Positions 52,850 through 64,000 of a stretch of 64,000 nucleotides of DNA are shown here, in pieces. Below the pieces are notes generated by a model. That model was not told where the DNA came from, searched no databases, and saw only the letters and a list, made by a program, of their open reading frames with translations. The stretch covers positions 40,488,001 through 40,552,000 of the forward strand of contig NC_087436.1 of assembly GCF_036321535.1 (NCBI RefSeq), read 5' to 3'. The stretch is from Camelus dromedarius. Lineage: Eukaryota. Within the stretch, counting starts at the first letter, position 1, and every line of letters starts with the position of its first letter. The position numbers and the translations under genes were made by a program.

Positions 52850-53053
52850 GGGAAGGACCAAGAAAGAAGGAGGCAAGAAAAGAGAAAACGAAAGAATGAG
52901 AAAAGACAAAAGGGGCAGGAAATAAAGAAAGAAGGGAAGAAAATGAAGAGGAAATAAGAGGGAAGTAAATAAAGAGAAAAAAAAGAAGTATGGAAGGAAA
53001 GAAGGAGGGAACAAGGTCAGAGAAAGAAATGGAGTAAGAAAAGAAAGAAGAAA
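52850..53053. repeat. GA-rich polypurine low-complexity tract (about 200 bp)
   Basis: Almost exclusively A/G on the plus strand. Confidence 0.9.
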
Positions 53054-53479
53054 CAATTTTGAAATATTTAAAGGTGGAATAAATGCTTTGCATCATTTTC
53101 ACTCCTACCATGGGGCAATCTGAAACCTCCTAGAGAGAAGCACACACGTACAGGTTAATGCCATTCTGAGTTCATGTCCTCCAGCTCCTCCTGAATCCCC
53201 AGTATCCTCCATCTTTCCATTTGTCCTTCACCAACTTTCATAACTATCTCTAATCTTTTCCTATTTTAAACCTCTTACATAACTCCTACTCTAACAGCTG
53301 ACCTGGACTTGTACTCAGATTAAGGGGAAATGTTTAGACCATTGGGTGAAATTTTTCTTAAATTCACAAACTTTTTCCTACAAATTAATCTACCTCTATT
53401 ATAAGTACTTAAATTGAGGCCCAGAAACTCATGTTTCTCAGGCTAATCAGGTTCACTTGTGCTTTAATTATCTTTGGTC

Positions 53480-55330
53480 TTCATGTCCTGTGCATCTCTT
53501 GTAGGCAGCACAGAGTTGGGGCTTGCTTTTCGTTCTTTTTTTTTTTTAATCTAATCTGAAAGTATCTACATTTAATAGGGGTGTTTAATACCATTTACTT
53601 TTAATACGATAATTGGTATTGTTATATTTAAGTCTATCATCTTGATATTTGTTTTCTCTTTGTTCCATCTGTTGTTTATTTTGCATTCTTTTGAATTGAG
53701 TTTTTTTTTTCATTGTCTCCCCTTTGTTGGCTTTTGGCTAATTTTTTAAAAAATTATTTTAGAGATTACTTTAAAAGATTTGTAGTATACGTCTTTAAAC
53801 TATCATCGCCCTACTTTAATTGATTTTATATAATTTCATGTATATTATAAAAACCTTTCAATAAATATATATACTACATTTTATTTTTTTATTGAAGTAT
53901 AGTCAGTTTACAATGTTGTGTTAATTTCTGGTGTACAGCATAGTGATTCAGTTATACATATATATATATATTCCTTTTCATACTCTTTCTCATTATAGGC
54001 TATTACAAGGTACTGAATATAGTTTCCTGTGCTACACAGTAGGACCGTGCTGTTTATCTGTTTTATATACAGTACTTAGTACCTGCAAATGTTTATTTAA
54101 CCCCATCTCTATTCCATATGTCTTATGAATTTTACAAATACATTAGGTATAGACCCCATAATGCATTATAATTTTTGTTTAAAGAGTCAATCATCTATTA
54201 AAGAAATTTAAGTAATAAGCAAACCAGCTTTTATGTTCACCCATGTTGTTATCGTTTTTGATGTTCTTTACTTCTGTACCACAATGCGTTGTGCATCTAG
54301 TGTTAAAATTTTCTGTGACAATTATTCTTTAACTTTTCTTATAGTGCAGAACAACTGGTGATTAATTATTTCAACTTTTGTATGCCTGAAAAGTCTTTAT
54401 TTTATATTGACTATTGAAATATATTTGTCTGGGTAAGAAATATAGCTTGATATTTTGATTTTTCTTTCCCATTTTAAGACTATTTCCCACTGTCTCTTGG
54501 CTCATGTTGTTTCTGGTAAGAAATGTGCTGCCATCCTTATCTTTGTTCCTCTGTGCCTTGTCTTTTTCTGTTTTTAAGATTTTCTGTTTACCACTGGCTT
54601 TGAGCAATTGAATTATGATGTTATGATGTGCTTGGTGAAATTTTTCTCATCTATATACTGTTTGAGCATTTAGGATCTGTGGGTTTATATTTTTTGACAA
54701 ATGTTTAAAATATTCCATCATGATTTCTTCAAACATTTCCACCTGCCCCCACTTTGTTTTTATGAAGACTCCAATTACATGTATATTAAAGTGTTTGAAG
54801 TTTACCCATTGCACACTATCATAATTTTTTACTATGACAATTTTTTTTTCTTTCTGTGATTTGTTTTGGATAATTTCTATTGCTTTGTCTCCAAGTTCAC
54901 TACCCTTTCTTTCTGCAGTTTCTTATTATTTATCCCAACTAGCACGTTTTTTTATCTCACACATTGTACATTTAATCTCTAAAAGTTTGCTTTTAGTCTC
55001 TTCTGTATCATCTATATTTCTATTTACCTTTTTGAACACATATAAACACAATAACATTTAAGATTCTTGTTTGTTAATTCTAACATGTGTGTCAGTTTCG
55101 GGTCTGTTTACATTTATTGCTCTCATTGCCTTTTCTCCTCACTAAAGCTCTTATTTTCCAGCTTCCTTGCGAGCCTGGTAATCTTTGATTAGATTCCGAT
55201 ACTGCAAATTTTATATAGTTGGGTATTGAATATTTTGTTTTCCTATAAAGAAAATATGTGTCTGTCGTGCAATTTTGTTACCTGGAAATTATTTGATATT
55301 TTTGGTCTTTCCTTTAATATGTATAAAATA
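53480..55330 (-). mobile_element. Old L1 ORF1/inter-ORF region
   Basis: tctcttgtaggcagca; ORF 54371-54607 has an ORF1p-like LKASGKQKILK; gactccaattacatgtatatta. Confidence 0.8.
53880..54090 (-). mobile_element. Young L1 3' end nested in old L1
   Basis: ttttttattgaagtatagtcagtttacaatgttgtg...acctgcaaat. Confidence 0.93.
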
Positions 55331-55399
55331 GACCAAGGTGTTCAAAGAATTGTGGTTTTTACCTAGCAAAAGCACAAGCTAGATGACACATTTTTTCTA

Positions 55400-57375
55400 A
55401 GACTGGTACAACTTTAGAGGATGTGGGTTTATGAATACATGAGCCATCACTCTAAACTCCTTAGCACACTGTGAGAGAAACTTGTCTCTTCTTGGGGGTG
55501 GCCAAGATAATGGTGCTCCCTCTTTCCAGCTATGGTGCAGTCCTCTCTTAGAGGAGCAGTCCACCAGGATTTCTCATGCTGCCGCAGCTCTGTGTTATAG
55601 AGGTTGAATCCCTGTTGAGTGCTAGTTCCAGCTCCTTTCCTCCGCGCATCCCCCATGCACAGGATGACGCTCTACCTCAGGGAAGGCAGGCCAGGAATAC
55701 TGGAGCCCTGATTGCTCTTGCCAAATGTGCTCTTAGAGTAGAGGTTCTATGCTAGTAGAACCAAACCAAGAAGACCAGAGGCTAATGCCCCCACTTAGCT
55801 TACTACTCATAAAACAGAGGTTTACTCTAAGTGAGAGAGGCCACTGTCCCTGACCCCAGCTTCAGAGAGATTGCATAGAAATTTTGCCAAAGGAGGAAGC
55901 ATGCCATAAGAATTGAGAGCTTTGTCCTCTCCCTATGGAACTGACTATGTGAAACAGAATATGATGAAGTTCAAGTCTAAGGGCACTTTCAAAAATAATG
56001 AGATTTTTTAGGTTTATTAGGTAACAGTTCAGAGGCTAGTAGGTCCATGAGAGCAGCAAACTAAATAATAGGCTAATTAGTTTAACAGAGAAAACCAGGG
56101 TAATATATGGTTTAAAAGAATCCTACTGCTGTCAGAAAACACTTCAAAGTCTAGCCACAAAAAGTACCCCTAAAAAGAAGCCTAAATTTGGTTCAATTGT
56201 ACTATGGACTAATTTGTGCCCCAGGCATCGTCACAAATAAAACAAGAAGCAATAGTTGGTGGAGCCTGACAGTCTGGTGTAACACAAAGCCAGGAAGAAA
56301 GCTTAACAGAAAGATCAAGGAGAGAGCCCAAACAGAACCACTGTCATCTCAGGGTGACTGTGTGCAAGCCTTGTCTGCACCCTCTGAGGAATGACACCAT
56401 AGTTGTCACGTTGTATGGGAAATAGGCTTTAAAAATAGTCCAGCTAAGTCACTAGACAAATTGGCAAACAACCCAAAAATAATTTCCAAAGTGGATGGTG
56501 GTATCCAGAATTGCTCCAATATATTACCTCAAAATTTCTTTTTTCAACAAAATGTTATTAGACATTCAAAGAAGCAGGAAAGTGTGACCCATACGCAGGA
56601 AAAAAAAAAAAATGCAAGTAACAAAACCTGCTTGTGAGAGGACCCAAACATCAGACTTAGTAAACAAAGCCTTCAAAGGAGCCATTATAAGTATTCAATG
56701 GCGAAAGAAAATTATACTTTAAAAAGTAAAGGAGAGTATAATGATAATGTCTCATCGAATAAGGAATATTGGTATGGAAATATAAATTATAGAAAAGAAC
56801 CAAATTAAAATTCAGTAGTTGGAATGTAAAATAATTAAAATGGAAATTTCAACAGAGTTACTCAATAGTAGATTAAAATTGGCAAAAGAAAGAATTAGTG
56901 AATTTGAAGATAGTTTACAAAAGATAATGCAATCAGAAGAACAAGGGCGGAGTGGGGGGGAGAGTGAAGAAAAATGTATAAACCCTCAGAGATATGTGGG
57001 ACATTATGTGTTTCAAAATGCACATAATGAGAGTAGCAGGAGAGGAGGAAGAGAAAGTAAAAAACATATATTTTAGGAATTAATGCCTGAAATCTTTCCA
57101 AATTTAATTAAAAAAAATTAACCTCCACATCAAGAAGTTTAATAAACTCCAAGTAGGAAAAACATCAAGAGATATACACCCAGACACATCATAGTAGAAA
57201 TGTTGAAAGAGAAAGGTAATGAGATGATTTTGAAAGAAGCTAGGGACAATCAATTCATTTTGTACAAGAGAAATTAATAATATTTCTGTCTGACTTCTCA
57301 TCAAAAATAATGGAGAACAGAAAGTAAGGGATCACATATTCAAAGCGCTGAAAGAAATCTTACATCCAGCAAAGA
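55400..57375 (+). mobile_element. Old L1 5' UTR and ORF1 relic
   Basis: ORF 56819-57076 contains LNSRLKLAKERISEFED, an ORF1p coiled-coil motif; cacccagacacatcatagta; tgacttctcatcaaaaa. Confidence 0.85.
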
Positions 57376-58045
57376 AATAATAAAATGTAGTTGTTTTGAT
57401 TATTTAAAAAATGCTTTTAATTTAGAATTCAAGAGCATATCCAAGGTTCAGAGTTTACAGAAATATACATTCTGTATTTTAGCTTCTTATCAATGAGTAT
57501 GTAAACCATATTGCTACCTAAAATATGAAGACAAATGGCTTGAACTATAAAACATAATCTATGAACACTTTTAATTGGTAATGCCTAAATCCATGGAGAA
57601 GTAAAGAGGTTTGTAATGAGACATAATGTGGTTGTGAGAAGACATCACAGACAGTTTCTCCCTGATATAAACACTCAGATTTAATCACCCCAAGCTGCTT
57701 TTGCAGCTACTGCCAAAGCATGTTAGCGTCACCATCAGGAAGCAGGGTGCCTGTCAAGCCTGCGGTAAAGCAAACAGAACTGCTGCCAGCACGCTGCCTG
57801 CGGACAACGCAGGCGCCACATACACCGTTTATTTCACTTCTGCACTTTCTGATTGTGTTTTCTGTAGAACATACTGAGCCTGTACAGCACTACAAAAGGT
57901 CTTCCAGTGGGAAAAGACTGCTGTTAAGTTAGGAAAACAAAAAAGAAAATGCTTCTTCAGAGTTTATTGAAGCGATGAGTCGGAATCTTGCTCCTGAGTA
58001 AAGCAGATATTCAGTTTGATCGTGGTATCAAAGGTTACTAAGCTT

Positions 58046-58157
58046 CAGTGGTAAGGTGCGTGCCTAGCCTGCACGAGGTCCGGGGCTCAATCCAGTGACT
58101 CCATTAAAAATAAATAAATAAATAAACCTAATCACCTCCCCCTCAAAAGCAAAAAAG
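58046..58157 (+). mobile_element. Vic-1-type SINE, slightly 5'-truncated
   Basis: cagtggtaaggtgcgtgcctagcctgcacgaggtcc...aaacctaatcacctccccc; TSD aaaggttactaagctt/aaaagttgctaagctt (14/16). Confidence 0.88.
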
Positions 58158-58609
58158 AAAAGTTGCTAAGCTTTAGAGGAATGTAAGTAAAATATCTTCA
58201 TTTGAAAGTGGGTAGGTGACAAAAATGTTGCCATAGTTTATATCTAATCCTATGTGGTTTCTCAACTTCTAATTCATTATCGTCATGGTAATTTAATAAT
58301 CAATCATCCATTTGGGGCTTATTAATTAATTTATGAGTGATTGTGTGTTGTGTTGCTTACTCATGCTGCAAGGATGGAACAATCGAGACAGAGCTGACAA
58401 GTGAGGACAAAAAGTGGAGGCTTTTTTGTATTGAAAAATGACTTTTTAAACTTGGATTTTCCAAAGGATTCATCTTGATACATTATTGTACATACAGGAG
58501 TAGAATTATGTCAAAATTTGGCATTCAGGTAATCCCTGCAGAATGTATCCTTTTATCTGTTACGAATTTATTGCAATGGTGATTATAATAACAGTTACCA
58601 AGAATTAGA

Positions 58610-58760
58610 AGTTACAATGATTCATTGTAATAGACACTTGAGACACTATCTCCCATAATTCTCATAGTGATTAAAATAAGTAGACATTACTATTTCGTTT
58701 TCCATATTAAGAAACTTTGACTCAGAGATGTAAGTAATGTATTCAAAGTCATATAGCTAG
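58610..58760 (-). mobile_element. MIR
   Basis: aagaaactttgactcagagatgtaagtaatgtattcaaagtcatatagctagt. Confidence 0.7.
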
Positions 58761-60234
58761 TCAGCAACTGAGACAATATTTATACATGGAGCTCTCCATT
58801 TTTTTAAACTTTTGATTTTTCCTTTATACACCTGACATTCTTCTAATTTCTGCGGCAGAGATTGTCTCTTGTTGACTATTTTCTGACCACTTTTCCACCA
58901 TTTTTTAGGAAAAAAATGAATACGTTCATGGTATCTATACATTGTCTTAAATTGCATTGCTTTATGTCAATGAGTTTCTGAAGTGGGTTGAGGAGGAAGG
59001 AAACATTGAAGACCTGTTTGGTTAATGAACAGAGCACTGTAAGTAGTCTTTCCTAAAGGTGTCTTGGCATCTCAAAGACACTACGGGTTTGATTTGTATT
59101 ACAGATTCTGAATCTCAGCAATAATATTAAACCTCCTACTTCTTGTTTCTTCATAGTTCTTGAAAGGAGTCCTCTGGGTTCCTAGACAACAGGTCTGAAG
59201 GATCTGGGGGTTGTCAGATCATCTTTGAGACAACTTGATTGGCCGCTAGGAACAAACCGCTGTATAAAAATAGAGACCGCCAAGGAATTTTCCCAAAGCA
59301 AAGTCAGATCTGCCAGTTCACTCCAGCCCTGGGCATCCCAAGGGCCACTTCCATGCAAGCAACTGTCACAGATTATTTTCAAAGATGAATCTGTAATGAC
59401 GTCCTCGTTCTTTACCCTGCTTTTTAATTATCGCCCCCTTCTTCTTACGAACTTCTTTATCTTATTTATTTCTTTTTTTTTTTTTCACTTTTTCCTTTTG
59501 TTGGTATCTGTAAGAACTTCATTTTCTTTCCCATTTGAAATTTTCTAGAAATAAAGAAGGGGATGATCATATAAAGAAGAACTTTCTATGAAGTCCATTG
59601 TGAAGTGAAAAGTCTTAAATATTAAGCTATCTAATATGATCAGGAAAAAATAACCTGAAAAGCAACATTTAATTTTTACTTATATAGAATATAAAAGTAA
59701 CTTGGTAAACTTTCAGTCAAATTACATGAAGCTATGATTAAATCATTACATTGATCAATACATGTGTTCAGGGAAACCACACATCAAAATCAAATAGGGT
59801 CTGTGCTTAAATCTTTACTCTAAGTGAAAATGAGTGTTTGATGAGATAGTGGCTTATAATTGAAATATTTGCCAACAAAGAGAAAATAAAGAAATCATCA
59901 TATTACTGATCCCCAGAGACCAGAATGCAAAAGTATTACACTACTCGCTCTAATTTGTTAAAAGACTACCATAAAGAAAATTTTTCCACCCATTATTTTA
60001 GCCACTTCTAAGTATTCAGTCAGTTTGCAGCCTCTGTTAAGCAAACGAGTTGGTCCTTAACCTGAAAAAAAAAAAAAGGTCACTTAAGATATTGACTTAA
60101 TTAAATTTTAGATGAATCCATTCAAATACCTGTTGTGGAAACATCCTGGAATCTCCAGTGTCAAAAGTTACTTGATTTGGGCAAAGAATATTTAATTTAC
60201 TCAATGGCATTATGAGTTTTCGGACTTTTCAGTA

Positions 60235-60450
60235 CTGTAGTCTGGAAAGAATGTGGTTTTTCAGTCAAGAGATTTGGATTTGATTCCAAGCTCCAGCGTT
60301 TACATCATGTACAACGCAGACCACGTCTCTTTAACTTCTCTGAGCCTCAGTAACTTAGCTATACAATGTAGACAGCAGCAGTTCATGTGAGCTTTGATGA
60401 AGGTGAAACAAGACTTTGCATATGCAGGGCTTGGACATATTATATATTTC
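60235..60450 (+). mobile_element. MIR
   Basis: ggaaagaatgtggtttttcagtcaagagatttgg...ttaacttctctgagcctcagt. Confidence 0.75.
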
Positions 60451-60469
60451 ATATATATTGATTTTATTT

Positions 60470-60640
60470 TTTATTTTAATTTTAATTTTTTGTATATATA
60501 TTTTTTATTGAAGTATAGTCAGTTTACAATGTTGTGTCAGTTTCTGGTGTGCAGCATAATGCTTCAGTCATACATGAACATACATATGTTTGTTTTCATA
60601 TTCTTTTTCACCATAAGTTACTATAAGGTATTGAATATTC
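60470..60640 (-). mobile_element. Young L1 3' end, short
   Basis: ttttttattgaagtatagtcagtttacaatgttgtgtcagtttctggtg. Confidence 0.92.
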
Positions 60641-60879
60641 TTGCTTACATTGGACCTCTTCACATTAATAGATAATTAATAACATAATATATTGTAAAAA
60701 CACAATAATTTGTGAGAATGCATTATTAAGATCTTTGTGTAAATATTTAAAATATTATTATGTAACAGAAGCAAAAAAGGACCTATTTCTTACTTTACAT
60801 ATAGGAAATCTAAAAATTATCTAATGTGAAGTGCTGAGGGAAATTCCACAAGTCTTAGTTGAATCTTGTTTGAATAATT

Positions 60880-60882
<3 letters not shown>

Positions 60883-60917
<35 letters not shown>
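60883..60917. repeat. (CA)17 microsatellite
   Basis: Perfect run. Confidence 0.97.
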
Positions 60918-60919
<2 letters not shown>

Positions 60920-60968
60920 TCATACCAATTTATCTCTCTGAAGGTACAAAAACAAAAAACACCCTAAA

Positions 60969-61143
60969 TGTGATAGGCAGAATAGTGGTCCCCAAATTAT
61001 CCACATCCTCATCCCTAGAACCTGAGACTATGTTTCCCTATACATGGCGAAAGGGACTTCGTAGATGTGGTTGTCAAGGACCTTGAAATGGAGAGATTAT
61101 CCTTGTTGTCCATATGAGACCAATCCAATCACATAGGTCCTTT
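60969..61143 (+). mobile_element. MaLR LTR 5' fragment (MLT1D-like)
   Basis: tgtgataggcagaatagtggtcccc...catggcgaaagggacttcgtagatgtg...gagattatcct. Confidence 0.85.
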
Positions 61144-62440
61144 TTGAATTGTAATATCACTTGGGACAACAATTTTTACCCCCCAGATATTGTAAATAAT
61201 ATTATTTTATAATTTACAATTTGGATATATATCCACACTTTGGGGGGTAGTATAATACACTGAACATCTTATTTACTAATTCTCGAGTGAAAAAAGGTGC
61301 CCACTTCATGGTGAGTGACAGCCACAGTCCAAACGTTGAGGGTCAGGGAATAACAGTTTCCATCTTCTCTTCAGAGAATCCTGGGGCTCTTGGTGTTTGG
61401 GCTGATGCCACATGGTAAGTGCCAACAAGATTGACACTAGAGAATTCAATGTGATACAGGTACACTGTTTAGTGCTTAAAAACTCTCCTCTGTAAAGAAT
61501 AAAATGTCTTCATGCAAGGATTCTTTAGGGCATTATATCTCCAAAGAGGAGGAAAAGAGCTAGAAGGGAAACAAACAAAAAAAAAGGCCAGACCTGGGAC
61601 TTAGTAAAGCATATGTCTTTATTAAGAGGTAAAGAAAGTAAAGAAATGCCAAAATGTGAATCATTGAATAGTTAATCTTAACTTGGATGTTAAATGCACT
61701 GGAGTAATATAGAGAAACAGTCTTCTGTTTCTAAATATGTCTCTCAAGCAGCAGATTCCAGATGGGTTTTTTTAGTGTACTTAAAAAATAAGAACATCTG
61801 CAGTTGTATGAGAGTACCTGATTCTAACATGCCCTTGTAGGTTTCATTTCATGGATTTTTTTCATCTTACCTCTAAGGAGTTTTTTCATGAGACATTTGC
61901 ACTGGGCATTCAAGGTAGATCCAAGCAAAGTGAGAGGTCCAAGAGAGTAAGAAGAGAAATGGAAAGCTAGGTCAAAGAATCTTTGGGAGCATTCATGTGT
62001 GATTACATTTGTTATGTTATGATGCATAATCCCAGTAATGTTTTAGACTTTACAAATCTAGTTTTACCTATCCTTTACTCTTTTTTGTGAGATATTGTTT
62101 ATTATAAAACTCTTGTGCTCCTGCCATACATACCAAAACAAAAGGTCATTTTACAGGCACTTTATGTTATAGTCAAGAACAAAAGAAAATAATATGATGC
62201 TGTGAAATGTCGTACTGTAACAGGGTGGACACTGTCTTGCTATGCCTTTTTAATATCAGCTTAAAGTATACACATTACAAAAAAGCAAGTGGAAGAACAT
62301 TTAGTTGGGACTCATTTTTGCAAAAATCATATGCCTTTATACGTACTGATAACTTTGGGAAGGACAGACAATAATCTGTTGACAGTGGTTTATATAAGGA
62401 CAGGATATTTTTACTTTTCATTATATATCCCTTTGTACTC

Positions 62441-62735
62441 TTTTTTAATTGAAGTATGTTTGGTTACAATGTATCAATTTCTGGTGTACAGCACAATGTC
62501 CCAGTCATGCATATATTTGTTTTCATATTCTTTTCCATTAAAAGTTATTACAAAATATTGAATATAGTTCCCTGTGCTACAGAAGAATTTTTTTATCTAT
62601 TTTTATATATAGTGGCTAACATTTGCAAATTTTATCCCTTCCCACCAATTTTCCCCCAGTAACCATAAGATTGTTTACTATGTCTGCAAGTATGATGAAC
62701 TCATCTACAAAACAGAAACAGACTCTCAGACATAG
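62441..62735 (-). mobile_element. Young L1 3' end with 5' inversion
   Basis: Antisense part 62441-62691, then sense part atgatgaactcatctacaaaacagaaacagactctcagacatag at 62692-62735. Imperfect TSD ending tactctt. Confidence 0.92.
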
Positions 62736-63954
62736 TATCTTTTACTCTTAGATTTTCAGTGATTTCTCATAATAAAGTGCATAACATACTTAAAGATAAT
62801 TTTATTGCATGTACCCCAAATACTATTTCCATTTCATCTTTTACCACATGCCTCTCATACTAAGTGCTGAAGAAGTTTTAAATTATTTGCAGTTCACTAA
62901 CAAATCTTGTATGTACTGTTCCCTCTGTCTGGGATCTTCCCCTTCTCTCTCACAATGTGGAAATCATCTGGTACTCCTTCATGACTTAGGTTTTACCTCC
63001 TGTGGGAGGCTTCTACCCCAAGCTGATTTAAGTTTCTATTTCTCTGTACAAATTTTTAACTCTATATAGCCATCAAACATTTTGCAATAGTGTATCATAT
63101 CAAAGTTATCAATAGGCTTGGTGGGTTCCTACTGGAAACCACTGTAAGTGGAGGCAGTGTAGTTTTTTGTAACACCTTTTAAATATTTGTTGCTAAAAGG
63201 TGAATAAATACTAATTGTTGGAGAATGAATGAATAAATAATTCTAATAAGGAACAATGGAGGTAAGTTGTAGGGAGTCTTGGCCAAACTAAATGTCAAAT
63301 GTCAGATCCTGATTGTCATTAATTTTAGTCAGAATTAAATAATAGTAAACTCATTGTTCTTAGGACTCATAGGCTCTGGAGGCAAATGAGAGTCACTTTA
63401 ATAATAACTTGAATGACTTGCTTTTGTCCCCATCTGTCTGGGGACATTCTCCAGCCTCCTCTGGTGTCTGTGTCTGAGGATTCCTGTCCTTCCTGGGGAT
63501 GGCCCACGTGGGCTCTCAACCTTCATTAAATATATACTTGAAATGTCCACTCTGACCTTCCTCTCCTGCTCTGGCCTCCCTGGGCGGTATCTCTGGCTCC
63601 CAAGTGTACTTGAGGGAGCCTCACTGCTGCCAGTCCTGATGGCCCCCACCAGGTGAAGTCACCAAGACTGTTGGCTCCAAAGTGTCCCAAAGCCATAATC
63701 TTCAGATTTCAGAGAGGGGCAGTGGTAAGAATAAACTTTCTTTTTCTGATTGTCACTCCTCTCTGTTGCTTACGCACTCCAGGCAGAACTGTTATTCCTG
63801 TTATTCCGCCACATCTTGAAGCGCTCTCCAGGAATCAGTGCTGTCAGTCTCTGCTGTTCTCAACAGGGGCTCAGCGAAGAAGAAAAAATCGTCCAGAAAG
63901 TTGAGGAAAGTTCACTCACCATTGGTCTAGTTTCTTGCCCAGTAGAGACCTTGA

Positions 63955-64000
63955 GTACCATATGGGTTTTCCAGGACTGCTATAACCAATTATCTCACTG
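63955..64000 (-). mobile_element. End of a MaLR (MLT1) LTR running off the window
   Basis: gttttccaggactgctataaccaattatc resembles the antisense MLT1 terminus. Only about 45 bp are visible. Confidence 0.5.

Noticed and set aside
52766..53111. Hydrophobic membrane-protein-like ORFs
   Set aside because: An artefact of translating the pyrimidine strand of the GA-rich tract.
53480..57375. Divergent L1 ORF1 relics as a long dsRNA-forming inverted repeat
   Set aside because: Both copies are old and highly diverged; I saw no long complementary stretch.
57940..57968. Similarity (gaaaatgcttctt) to the minus strand of about 1845-1857 as a paralogous element
   Set aside because: A 13-bp match is expected by chance in 64 kb of AT-rich DNA, and the flanks do not align convincingly.
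955..63904. ORF track entries as protein-coding genes
   Set aside because: All are short (132 aa or less), and are either low-complexity, inside repeats or unrecognisable. The only recognisable peptides are L1 ORF1p/ORF2p relics.

Overview
AT-rich, gene-poor mammalian genomic DNA, intergenic or deep intronic. It is most likely camelid (alpaca, llama or camel): there are three tRNA-derived Vic-1-type SINEs and many young cetartiodactyl-type L1 3' ends, and I recognised no Bov-A, BovB or PRE1. I cannot support any protein-coding gene or functional RNA gene; the listed ORFs are chance ORFs or L1 ORF1/ORF2 relics. A large fraction of the window is layered transposon fossils: young and old L1, HAL1, L2, MIR, MaLR/ERVL/ERV1 solo LTRs, a hAT-Tip100 (Zaphod-like) transposase relic and a probable non-autonomous Helitron. 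The best leads are a probable 3'UTR retrocopy with a perfect 15-bp inverted repeat linking two poly(A)-signal regions, the palindromic Helitron-like element, a 27-nt candidate microexon, a compact young solo LTR, several enhancer-like unique segments and some informative nested or inverted insertions. I found no convincing new multi-gene system. Family names come from recalled consensus sequences, not a database search, and boundaries of old repeats are approximate.
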